The position numbers and the translations under genes were made by a program. From Folioceros fuciformis (lineage: Eukaryota), in contig JBNGIO010006191.1 in assembly GCA_049999805.1 (NCBI GenBank), positions 209,578-229,577 of the forward strand: 20,000 nucleotides of DNA, read 5' to 3'. Under the pieces are notes generated by a model. It was not told where the DNA came from. It did no database searches and saw nothing but the letters and a program-made list of their open reading frames with translations. Shown in pieces: positions 10,295-20,000 of the stretch. How positions within the stretch are numbered: the stretch's first letter is position 1; each line of letters starts with the position of its first letter.

Positions 10295-10724
10295 TCAGGA
10301 ATCAGCCACGGTTTGCCTAGCGGCAGGCACCGCAACTTGCGCTCGTCTGGCACGGAGCCGTTCCTGCGACTTCTTGCTTGCTTCAAGGTTTGCTGCACGA
10401 TTCACCTCTTTCTGCACGGGAGAGCAAAAACTGAGCTGCCATAGCACGCGAGGCGCCACTCAACAAATCCACAAGCGGGATGTCACAAACCTCTTGCCGG
10501 AAGCAAGCATCCAGCTGATACTTCAGCAAATTGCACTCGCCAAAGAATTTGGCCACGGGATGCTCGTCATGACACCTTCTGAACTGCTTGATGATCTGCA
10601 CATGCAATTGGGAAACTTCACACACTGCATCCCAAGCGCTGCACAGACAAGTCATCCCCTGGCAAAGCAGTTCGCTTACGTCCGAGCAACTAGGATGCTT
10701 GTGCAAAACCAGCTGTGGATGCAT
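10295..10724 (-). CDS. CMC2: COX assembly mitochondrial protein 2 homolog (Cmc1-family twin-Cx9C), 88 aa; exons 10724-10680, 10595-10491 and 10411-10295
   Basis: The spliced product is MHPQLVLHKHPSCSD|IIKQFRRCHDEHPVAKFFGECNLLKYQLDACFRQE|KEVNRAANLEASKKSQERLRARR...ADS*. It has two Cx9C motifs plus the MHP.L..H and KFFG.CN signatures. Both introns are canonical and phase 0. Confidence 0.92.
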
Positions 10725-10991
10725 GACGTCGCTAACAGTTGGCCCTAGATTGGCACGCGGTCTCTACCACACCATCGGCTCCCGAGGCAAAGGTGAAAGT
10801 AGAGACTGCACCGTGAAATACATCTGCGTTTTAAATCCACGAATAAATGGTCCGTAACGAAATACATACGTTTTGTATTATGTGTAGTGCCAATGTTGTC
10901 GTCCTCTATATGGTCCGTGACGAAATACTTACTGAAAAAGAAAATCGTGTAGAGGAAACATTGTCACTAATGTGCCTCCCACCTCCCATCA

Positions 10992-11075
10992 TGTCAGAAG
11001 TGGGATTTGAACCCACGCCCCCTTTCGAAGACCAGAACTTGAGTCTGGCGCCTTAGACCACTCGGCCATCCTGAC
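10992..11075 (-). tRNA. tRNA-Leu(CAA), intronless, with a long variable arm
   Basis: The reverse complement is GTCAGGATGGCCGAGTGGTCTAAGGCGCCAGACTCAAGTTCTGGTCTTCGAAAGGGGGCGTGGGTTCAAATCCCACTTCTGACA. It has A and B boxes and anticodon CAA. Minus-strand T-runs lie about 50 nt downstream (~10936-10944). Confidence 0.97.
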
Positions 11076-11618
11076 TTCCTCATAACTTTCCATGACTTTT
11101 TAATTATTTAACTTAAAAATCTAATCCCACCAGAAATCTATGCACCTCGATAGTTGTCACTACGCCGGGTTTCATGTTACCTCCTGCTGCCACTCTCAAG
11201 GTCTGGATCCTGTCTGCATCAGCCCACCTGCTTGCATCTGGGCACCACCTAACATGAGTAACTTTATCCCCGTCGTCGTCGTCACTAATTGATAAAAGAA
11301 TTAGGGAGCTTTAGTGCGTGAATGAGGTTCTACCCCTTCCCAAATCTTAGTCCCTTTGTGTAGACGGTACTAGGCATCTCACGAATCAGACCGCTTGTTA
11401 AGCATTCCTACCACGGGTTGTTTTGATTATTCAAAATTTCAATTGTTTTTCGAAACTCTAGTCAGTATTCACAACAGCGTTACACAAAGGAGTACAATCC
11501 GTGTTTGAAAAGACAGCTTGAATAGTACCACTTTCAAGAATCACTATTGGCTAGGTGCAGCTAGATCCAACGAGTGTGTGATGTGACTCTCCATGTTTTA
11601 TTCGTGCCTCTAGCCCAC

Positions 11619-14278
11619 TCATCCTCGCCTGCTCCTCCTGCTTCCTCTACTGGACCGAGTATTGCTACCTCTCACGACATCAGGTGCGGGAATTGCCAGT
11701 ACAGTGCCATCGCGGATGTCTTCAAGGTTGGAGTTTTCTATCGTCTTCTGTGCCTCTATGTACACCATGCAGTCTCTCACCTGCGAACAAATGGCGTTGT
11801 AGTGAGGGGCCATTCATTCTGCTCTTCGTGCCTACTAGTAAATTCATAGCTCAATCACGAGTACCGAACCTGTTCTTCTAGGTCAGATATCCGCTTGTCT
11901 TTCTCCAAAACAGCTGCTTGGTGCCTGTCAAAGAAAAACGCCGGTCTCAGACCTATCGGACGTTGTAAGCATGGATCCAGCAGAGGTGTGGGGAATGAGC
12001 ACCACTATGACGCACCTTTCTTCCACCTCTTTCAACTTCCGCTGCCATATTGTTTGATTTTCGGCTAGTGATTTGTTCACCTGCAAAACGGAAGGAACTC
12101 ATCACGACATGCCAATAGACTGCTTTCCCTTTCAACGGAAAGACCAGATTCTGCAGTACCTGTTGCAGGAATTTCAATTCCTTCTCCTTCGACTCTATCT
12201 TGCCATCCATCTTTTCTTGTAGCTTTTGCAGCCTCACCCTGAAGGATTTCTCCACGGCCTCAGAGATGCGCTGTTCTGTCTCCACTAGCATTCCCTCGTA
12301 GTGCTGGAAACATGCAATGAACAAACACTGGTGGGCAATTGGGCCTAACTGCAGACAGACAACCTTGCAGACAGTACACTTGAGAGCCATAAGGCCCAGG
12401 CATAGGGCCTCAATTGAAAACCAAATGTTACCTGTCTCTGACTTTCAAGCTGGGTAGTCAACAGGTGATTGTATTCATACGAGATCTGCATCAGAGAGAC
12501 AAATCACTCCTTGTTTGCTGGACTTGGGATTTTGCGTTGAAGAGCAAATTGCAGAGGTCAGTGCACATATGACCTACTGCTTCCAGTTTACTGTCATGGA
12601 CCGCTTCCATCATGTCTGACCCCCTGCTACATTCACAGCTATCCTCACTGCCTTCCCTGCAAGGCGCTGGAAGCTCTACAAGCTTTCCATCAGTCTTGGA
12701 TTGTATCAACCGATGGACATACCCATCCCCCACATAGTCCCACACTCGCTGTGTCTCGAGTTCTAGTGAATAGCAATGGTTGGTGAGCTTGAAATGATTC
12801 TCTGCATGCCCTGCTGCATATCTGCAAGCTCAACAACGAGTACTTTCATTCAACTTCCTCAAGTGCATTTGGCAGAGAAACCTTCACTGTCAATGAGCTC
12901 TTTGTACCTCCCACAGCCAACAAACCCGCAAATGACACAAATCCAAAGGCTTTCGGATGTCCCACAAACAGAGCAAGTCGAATTCTGAGAAGTTTGGCAG
13001 TATCGGCATACCTGCAAGACCAACGGTTAGGTGTTCAACTTCGCACACCATTCAAGCAAAAAGAGAATGTTCCGGTCAAAGAACTTACTGGACATGACGA
13101 ATCTGTCCACTTCGAGATACATGTACTGTGGAATGAGTGGTTGCAAACAGTGGTAAGGATTCCACTGATGTGCTGATCGAGCCTCTCTGTTTACAAAAAA
13201 GGAGAGTGTTAGAAACTTTCAATCCTAACATCACAAAGTGGGTACTGTTAGTGGACTACTTCAAAGAATTTTACAAATCTTGCAAACCAAAGAGCACACA
13301 GTGGTGACAAGGAGAACATACCAAGGCAGACAGGGCAATTCGGGAGCTCTGTCAGACCCGCTGGAGGAGTTGAGGCTTGCTCTTCAGAATCAGTGTACTG
13401 TACATCTGCAGTGTAGACGACATGACAGACCTCTTCCTGTCACAGAAATCATGGTTAATTCATCCGTGTCATTTGAAGTCCTTAGCAAGAAGGACTGGAC
13501 AACAGAAGAAAAGACCTCCACACTATTGAGGAAACCACTTGCGCTTGTGCGTTTGCTAATGGAAGCTGGGTCGAAAAACCCCGTGGTACCAAATTACACC
13601 AGAAGACAGACAAGATGCTTGCTCCGACAGGAAATAAATACCTCCAAAGAAGAAAACTTTTTCCCATTGTAGTGTTGGTAGAAAGCGTCAGCTGAAGCCA
13701 CAGAGTCGAATGTCATGAGAACACAAAATCTGTCCTGGACGCCATCCGGCCTGAAGAAGGCAGAAGAATAAGAACGAAGGCTTGCAAAGGAAAGACCGCG
13801 CAACAAAGGAAGCGGACTTGGTCCAAACCTGACCATCCTCATCTTGGAGATGTTCTGCAAAAATGATCCCGTGAATTGACAGAAATCGGATCCGGTCATG
13901 TGGTTCGGAACCGCCAGCACACACAGGTGCTCCCTACGACCCTCCTGCACAAAAATTCATCTCTCCAAAACTCAGCTTACGCGTCAACGCCTGGAAACAA
14001 CTTCCTCCCGCACATCAACGGACAAGTCTCACCGGAAGCTTATCCACGGAATCGGGATCTATCTTGGTGTTCCGGAACAGGTGCACCACTCCCCGGGTGG
14101 CTTCCACCCTGGGATTCCCGGAGGAAAATCTGAGCGTGGTAATGTCCCCAGAAGTGCCTTCCTCCTCCACAGCTACCCCGCTGGGCGATGCTTCGGAATT
14201 CTGCGCCATATCCTGAGATGTCATTCCTGACTCGCACTCCAGCACCCGATCCAACGCGTACACCTTCACAATAAACAT
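11619..14278 (-). CDS. BRIZ: BRAP2-RING-ZnF-UBP E3 ubiquitin ligase (BRIZ/BRAP family), 503 aa; 12 exons: 14278-14033, 13944-13829, 13750-13642, 13436-13322, 13186-13089, 13011-12908, 12821-12578, 12485-12432, 12303-12160, 12080-12016, 11924-11870, 11780-11619
   Basis: FSSGNPRVEATRGVVHLFR, LCVLAVPNHMT.SDFCQF and [54 protein letters not shown]. ZnF-UBP: LWICVICGFVGCGRY..HCYSLELETQRVWDYVGDGYVHRL. C-terminal coiled coil. All introns are GT-AG and the exons sum to 1512 nt in frame. Confidence 0.93.
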
Positions 14279-14533
14279 CACGGTGGCAGCACCAGGAGAT
14301 TAATCCGGCACGGTCACCGTGGGGATCTCTCCATGAGCATAACCAATTCCAAACTTCTTTGTTCTACACCTATACTTCATATCTGATTATCGCGTCCCAC
14401 ATCTTCTCCTCAAGGCAGCCTGCTCTGCTGCACGTCGAGATGCATGCCGCGTTCACATACGTCTCCGTCTCCGATCCCGATTCAACATCATTTAGGGTTT
14501 ATAGTTTGGAGACGGATTTGTGGGGTTTGCGAT

Positions 14534-14647
14534 GCATTTCCAAGTTGGCATGGGGTTAAAGCTCGTCTGCGAGAGTGGGCCCTGTGTTGTTTAAAAACGC
14601 GTTGCAGTTGTAATCCGTGCCTTCCCAGGAGTCTCGTTCCGAACGAC
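14534..14647. repeat. Non-coding segment duplicated at 16427-16849, where it is split by a TIR element
   Basis: GCATTTCCAAGTTGG..TTAAAGCTCGTCTGCG..GTGGG.CCTG..TGTTTAAAAACGCGTTGCAGTTGT..CTTCCC..GTCT.GTT..GAACGAC aligns collinearly with 16427-16471 plus 16783-16849. Both copies are preceded by TAGGGTTT (telo-box; 14493 and 16397). Confidence 0.75.
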
Positions 14648-15303
14648 TCGTCTTCCCTTTCGTTTGGCCTTCCCGTTTGCGGCACTGCACGATCTGGTTT
14701 CCAGCGGCGGGGGGGACAGCTCCGCCTGCGGCAGGAGGGCCTGGGCCTAGCCATCAATTTTTTGTCTTCGTGTTTTGTTTAGTGGAAGGACTGGATCGAA
14801 TTGGAAGAAGTTTGGTGGCGTCATTCAGACCTAGACCACCTACTGACCTGCGTTAGCCCCGTCGTCCTACTTCCACCTTGACGTGTGTGTTTGTACCTGG
14901 ACAATCCTAACTCGAGGCTGACACAAGCTGGAAGGATGATCGTTATGGGTTATCCAATGTAAGGTGCGTTTGCTTAAAAATCGTTTCCAAATCTTCTGTT
15001 TAATCTTCAGATTCAGGATTCGAGAATGCAAGTCGCTTCCGTCGGCCCGGAAGGAAAGATGATTAAAACCCAATACCAAGGGATTTCATGGTATACCTGC
15101 AGTACCCTCTCCAAAGCATCTTCTCATTCAAGTGCTGGTCCAAGCGCAGCAGACACTACGCACTTATCTATATACCTGAGACATTTTCACTGCGCAAGCA
15201 CCACCTCGTAGCAAGTGGTCAATCAAGTGACTGCAACCAGCTATGACGTAATCCAAACAATGGTCAGTGATGTAAGCAGGACACTCGTCTCGTGTTTTGC
15301 AGC

Positions 15304-16066
15304 CTAGCAGTCCCTAGCTGAACTGTGCATGGTCCAGTAATCAGAGGCGTCGTGCATGGCACCACACTCTTTATGGCAAAGAAGTGAATTCCCGGGCAAA
15401 CTGCCCGTAACATTCCAGCTCCCCAGCGTGGGATCGAAGACCAGTATGGCCGCGAGTTCCCTAACCCCCATCTCCCAAGACAACATCCGGCCTTCGCGCA
15501 CCGCCACCAGCTTGAAGCAGCGTCCTGTGGCGTCCACGAAGATGCGTCGCAAATCCTTCAACATGACGGAATCCGGGAACTCCAGCAGCCAGGCCCAGGA
15601 GCTGGTCAGGGGGTTGCCGACGGCGTGGGGCAAGAGCGCAGTTGCAGCCTGACGTCTAGACCTGGTGGTCAGGATGACGCCGCCAGCTGCGGACGCCGAG
15701 CGCACGTTCACACGCCGGGACGGGGAGGATCGCAGCCAGACCGGGAGCCGGGGTTGGTACCGTTTATCCGAGGCAGGGTCGTAGGCGCAGGAGGCGACGC
15801 CGGCGCGGCGTCGCGAACAGCATCCATGGGTCCGATACACCTCCCCGACATGCTAGCCCCTCCCGAGAAAACAAGGGCGAAACCAACACCTCCTTGCAAA
15901 CTTTGCACACAGCACCCGACCGCAACAGGCTCACCAGCGGCAGCTGCACCAGGGTCGTGGTTGAAATGTCGTTAGGCAGATTGCCACAGCTCCGCTCCCC
16001 AACGAGCTCGTGCGCATCGGCACCCGCGTCCTCATGGGACGTTTCCTCCGCTCGAGTGGATGACAT
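15304..16066 (-). pseudogene. F-box (F-box/kelch-like) gene, frameshifted and probably truncated
   Basis: F-box motif LPNDISTTTLVQLPLVSLLRSGAVCKVCKEVLVSPLF in one frame. After a frameshift near 15800 it continues as CAYDPASDK..SAAGGVIL..VGNPLTSSW..FKLVAV..VFDPTLGSW, typical of plant F-box-associated propellers, and stops early at 15304. Confidence 0.7.
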
Positions 16067-16471
16067 CTCAACCCACCGGGACTGAGGGTTCAGTGGAACT
16101 GGGCTCGCGCACTTTAATAGCGCTTGCACAAACCTAATGGGGTTCTCAGTATCTCATCAAGCCCGCACAAACATACCAGTTCTGCACTGCAAACTTGCTT
16201 GCTGGCTCGTCCACATCCTTCCCTGCGTTCCTGATTCGCTAGTCTTAGCCGCTCATCTTGTACTTCAAACATTCTGCTGGTCGACATTGCTGCAGTAGCA
16301 CCTGGGCTCATGATCATGGATGGAGCTTTAAATACACATAAACCCGATCCTGATCATATCCCGATGCAGGTGAGACGTGCACGGGTTTCGGAGACGTAGG
16401 GTTTTTGACTGTGTCGGTTTACCGAAGCATTTCAAGTTTGGTGCAGTTTAAATGTCGTCTGCGGATGTGGG

Positions 16472-16776
16472 TATGGCATACCAAAGGGGACACTCTCTCA
16501 CTATGCATTTTTTAATGCTTTCTCATGGGGTATCGTCGTTTTGGGCTGGATGCCGGGCGGCCTTAGGGCAGAAAGCCCAAACACCCCTGTAACCATAGTG
16601 GGGTGGGGGCGCGCCTCTGCTTGGGGGCAAGACATGCTTGCAAAGTGCAAGCATGTCCGGTGTCCGGTTTGGTTTTGGCCCTCCAACTCGCGTACGCGCC
16701 AAAGGGGACGAATAACAGATGTGTTTGTAAAAATATCCTAGAGAGAGAGGGGGCGTGTCCCCTTTGGTATGCCATA
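16472..16776. mobile_element. Non-autonomous DNA transposon, 305 bp, with perfect 22-bp TIRs and a 6-bp TSD
   Basis: TATGGCATACCAAAGGGGACAC (16472-16493) and its exact reverse complement (16755-16776). TGTGGG directly flanks both ends (16466-16471 and 16777-16782). Confidence 0.88.
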
Positions 16777-17197
16777 TGTGGGGCCTGGGCTGTTTTAAAA
16801 CGCGTTTCAGTTGTGGGGAATTTTCTTCCCGGCGTCTTGTTTGAACGACGGCTCTGCTCATCATGCCGCTACTCCTGCCTTCAAATTTGCGCACTCCGCG
16901 TCTCCCTTTTTTGTTGGCATGGGGACAACTGAACCGGGGGCTTCATTAGCTGCTGCTGCGCTCTTGCATGCAGTTGTGTGTTGGGGTTTCTTTGGGTCTG
17001 TGGGAGGGCTGGAGAGAACTGGAGGGAATCGGGAGATGGGAGAAGCGGAGCTGGAGGAAAGAAGAGGGCCCAGGGGGGAGGGAACAGGTTTGTGGCTGGC
17101 CATCTGTGGTTGTTGCAATTTGCTTGTGTGTGGCAGCTGAGGGTTTGAGCCGGATTCCGTGCAGGCTTAGTCGCGAAGGAGAAGGCGAACATGCGGG

Positions 17198-18397
17198 ATG
17201 ATTAGTGAGCTGGCTGCGATGGGAAGCAGGGGAGGTGAAGCCTCCACCAGCAGGGCGAGCGGGGGGAAGGATGCAGGGCAGGGGCAGGGGCAGGGGCAGT
17301 GGCAGGGGAAGGGGAAGGGTAAGGGTAAGGGTAAGGGGAAAGGAAAGGGAAAGGGAAAGGAGAAGGAAGAGGGCTCCGAGAAGAAGCTGCAGGTGGAGCA
17401 GTCGAGGAAGGAGCGTCGCTTGCTTAGGGCTCGGTACCGCGATGTGAAGAGCACGATTGCAGGGGAGAAGGAGGAGTTGGGGAAGGTGGATTCGGTGAAG
17501 TTCGCGTCTTTCTACCATACGATCCAGGATTTGCACCACCTGGTGCAGAAACCGCGGGAACAGGTATCGGACGCGGAAGCTTTGCTGGACATGACAAACA
17601 CGTTGATGGACACGGCGCGCGGGGCGAGGCGCAGTCACGGAATCTCCCCATCCGATTTCGTGGATGCTTTGATCAACAAGTTCGTTCGAAGGAACAGGAG
17701 GGATGGGCAAGATGTGGACATCGACTGGGGCGCTTTGGGGCTGGAAGCTTGCCTGGTGCTGCCGGAGGCACCGGGGGTGTGCACCATGGTAGGGCCGATG
17801 GAGAGCGAGCCCAAGCCGAGGAGAAGCTGCGCTCCCCGAGGCCGGAAGGAGAGGCTGGGCCGGATGACCCAGCCCGAAGAGGTGGAGGAAGCCTCGGCAT
17901 CGGGCGAGAGGAAGGAAACAGACGCAAACATGGAGGTCATGTTTAGCAAGCTGCGCAGTCTAAGGCGCGTGCAAATGGAGGCCCTGGTGCTGAACAGGGG
18001 TTCGTTCTCCCAGACCGTGGAGAATATCTTCTCCTTGTCCTTCCTGATTCGAGACGGGCGGGCGGAAATCATCATCGAGGACGACGGCAGCAACAGCATC
18101 GTGCCGAGGAATGCTCCTTCCAACGAGCAGGGAGTTCAGTGTGGGGAAACATCTCAATTCGTGTTCAGTGTAGGGTTCAAGGACTGGGAGATGATGAAGC
18201 AGAAGGTGGCAAACGGCGCCGAAGTGATGCCAAATCGGAGCGGAAACAATGTCCAACCTCCTTCCCACCAGGCCTCTGTCACTCCTGTCAGAATAACCTC
18301 CAGGAACAGAGCCAGGGGGAACGCCTCGCAGGAAGAGGTGCAATTGGAGAGGCAGCATCACGGGAAGCGCAGGAAGCTTACACTCCAGGATAGCTAA
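17198..18397 (+). CDS. NSE4: Non-structural maintenance of chromosomes element 4 (SMC5/6 kleisin), intronless; the start may be the ATG at 17219
   Basis: ERRLLRARYR, VQKPREQVSDAEALLD, GISPSDFVDALINKF, IDWGALG, PGVCTMVGPM, ETDANMEVMF..L, LVLNRGSFSQTVENIFSLSFLIRDGRAEI, FVF...FKDWEMMK and TPVRITSRNR all match plant NSE4. Confidence 0.93.
   Translation: MISELAAMGSRGGEASTSRASGGKDAGQGQGQGQWQGKGKGKGKGKGKGKGKGKEKEEGSEKKLQVEQSRKERRLLRARYRDVKSTIAGEKEELGKVDSVKFASFYHTIQDLHHLVQKPREQVSDAEALLDMTNTLMDTARGARRSHGISPSDFVDALINKFVRRNRRDGQDVDIDWGALGLEACLVLPEAPGVCTMVGPMESEPKPRRSCAPRGRKERLGRMTQPEEVEEASASGERKETDANMEVMFSKLRSLRRVQMEALVLNRGSFSQTVENIFSLSFLIRDGRAEIIIEDDGSNSIVPRNAPSNEQGVQCGETSQFVFSVGFKDWEMMKQKVANGAEVMPNRSGNNVQPPSHQASVTPVRITSRNRARGNASQEEVQLERQHHGKRRKLTLQDS
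17274..17360 (+). repeat. Coding hexanucleotide microsatellite encoding (QG)n(KG)n
   Basis: CAGGGG, AAGGGG, AAGGGT and AAAGGG repeats in the NSE4 N-terminus. Confidence 0.85.
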
Positions 18398-18682
18398 GAG
18401 TTTAGGGGGGAGTAGTGTCAAATTTTCCTAACCCTAGTTTTATCTTTTTCGGGAAGATCTAGAAGTAAGGTCTCCAATTTATTCTCGCAACTCACTCGGC
18501 TCTGCCGGACAGAGTAGTTGGACATCTGTCATGAATAAATGATGCAGGTGTAGCAGTAGGTGGAGAGGACGAGAACACCAAGTGAATTAAAACAACACTC
18601 AAAAATACACAGTGGAGAGCGAGAGGAAGACTGCTCGCAATGTACGTATAGAAAGATCACCAAGACAGAAGTCCTGGATTAA

Positions 18683-20000
18683 TCAAAGTCGCGCGTCCGG
18701 CACGACGCGGACGATGCCTCGGTATGCGTCCAGGGTGAGGAAGTCGTCGAGCTTGTCCTTGAGGCACTGGGCGACAAAGAGCTGAGCAGCCTGGTGGTAG
18801 TGGCCGCGGCGGAACTGGGCAGGGCCCACCTCGCGGTGCACTCTCTCGAGCTCTTCCTCCACAACACGCCCGAAGAGCTGCCTGGTGACGCGCACGGGGA
18901 CTGGCTCGCCGTTGAGCACTGCGCCGTAGTGAATCCACTGCCAGTTCTGCACCCGGCTGATCTCGGCCGTGGCCGCATCCTCCATGAGATTGTAGAGCGG
19001 GACGGAGCCCGTCCCTGCCAGCCACGCCGCCAGATACTGGATCCCGACACGAGTGTTGAGACGCAGCCCCTCCAGGGACCGCTTTCCCTTGGGCATCTCC
19101 AGCAGATCCTCCTGCGTCACCTTCACATCATCTCTACGCACCCCGAGCTGGTTCTCCCCCGGCATGTTCTGGTCGAACACTTCCAGCACCAGCGGGATGA
19201 GCCCCGGGTGCGCCGCCCAGGTGCCGTCGTGCCCGGCCCGGACCTCGCGAAGCTTGTCCGCCCTCACCAGGGCCAGAGCCGCGTCGTTGGCCGCCTTGTC
19301 GTCCTTGATGGGGATCTGGGCAGCCTGTGGTTAAGCAAGCTTGGGTCAATGTTGGACGATGAAGGAGATGCAAGCACTCGAGGGTGAATGAGAAGGAGAT
19401 GGAGAACACCACACGCAGAGCAGCAGCACCCACCATGCCTCCCATGGCCTGCACGCCGCGCTCGTGGCACGTCTTGATGAGGAGCTCGGTGTAGTTTCTG
19501 AGGAAGCGCTGCGTCATGCCCACCTGGATGCGGTCAGGGAGGAGCCGGTCGGGGTGGTTGCGGAACGTCTTGACGAAGGAGAAGATGTAGTCCCAGCGGC
19601 CGCAGTTGAGGCCGGCGGAGTGATCCCGCAGCTCGAACAGGATCTCGTGCATCTGGAACACGGCTGGGAGCGTTTCTATGAGGACGGTGGCGCGGATGGA
19701 GCCTCTCGGAGCGCCCACACCCAGCTCCGCGGCCTCGAACACTGCGTTCCAGATGGCTGCCTCCCGGGAATGCTCCATCTTGGGGAGGTAGAAGAAGGGG
19801 CCGCTGCCGCCGTGCTTGCTGCGGAAAGCGCCGTGGTTGTGGTAGAAGTAGAGGCCGAAATCGACGAGGGCCGCCACGGCGGGCTGGCCGTCCACCTCCA
19901 CATGCGCCTCGCGGAGGTGCCACCCCCGGGGGCGCACCATGAGCACGGCGGTCACGTCATTCAGCTTGTAGCTTCTGTTGCGCTCGGGGTCGTGGTGAGT
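18683..20000 (-). CDS. MLS: Glyoxysomal malate synthase, 5'-partial; exons >20000-19434 and 19324-18683
   Basis: [78 protein letters not shown] and [20 protein letters not shown]. The C-terminus -ARL* is a PTS1-type signal. GT-AG intron 19433-19325. Confidence 0.97.

Noticed and set aside
10847-10932. CRISPR-like repeat-spacer-repeat
   Set aside because: Only two imperfect units, in a eukaryotic context with no cas genes.
10725-11075. tRNA-Leu/CMC2 co-transcript (same strand, 267 bp apart)
   Set aside because: T-runs that could terminate Pol III follow the tRNA, and proximity is expected in so compact a genome. Cannot be supported without RNA data.
14314-14340. 8-codon uORF (MLMERSPR*) upstream of BRIZ
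   Set aside because: No conservation evidence is available and the TSS is unknown. Such short ORFs are common by chance.
16472-16776. Reading the element as a Stowaway/Mariner MITE with a TA TSD
   Set aside because: It does not explain the flanking TGTGGG duplication. The paralogous empty site has one GTGGG and no TA.
16946-19387. Long antisense or alternate-frame ORFs over NSE4 and malate synthase (e.g. 16946-17710, 18794-19387)
   Set aside because: Shadow ORFs expected from GC-rich coding sequence, with no independent protein features.
18683-20000. Bacterial HGT or contamination origin of malate synthase
   Set aside because: It has a spliceosomal intron, a PTS1-type C-terminus and plant-type sequence ([11 protein letters not shown]).

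Overview
Eukaryotic, gene-dense plant nuclear DNA with short GT-AG introns (mostly ~65-110 nt). PLS-type PPR remnants and the compact structure suggest a seed-free land plant such as a hornwort or Selaginella; this is inference. In order, the window holds: a 5'-truncated, internally duplicated RI-like LRR gene; a decayed PLS-E PPR pseudogene with an AT-rich TIR-bounded insert; an intact HAL3/PPC decarboxylase gene preceded by a dead CMC2 copy; a DOMON-cytochrome b561 gene; a dead HAL3 copy preceded by an intact CMC2 gene; tRNA-Leu(CAA); a 12-exon BRAP2/BRIZ E3 ligase; a frameshifted F-box gene; a 305-bp TIR element with a 6-bp TSD; an intronless NSE4; and the 3' part of peroxisomal malate synthase. 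The most striking observation is a duplicated CMC2-HAL3 cassette in which the two ORFs lie only 46 nt apart, a likely ancestral dicistronic unit. Each copy has kept a different one of the two genes.
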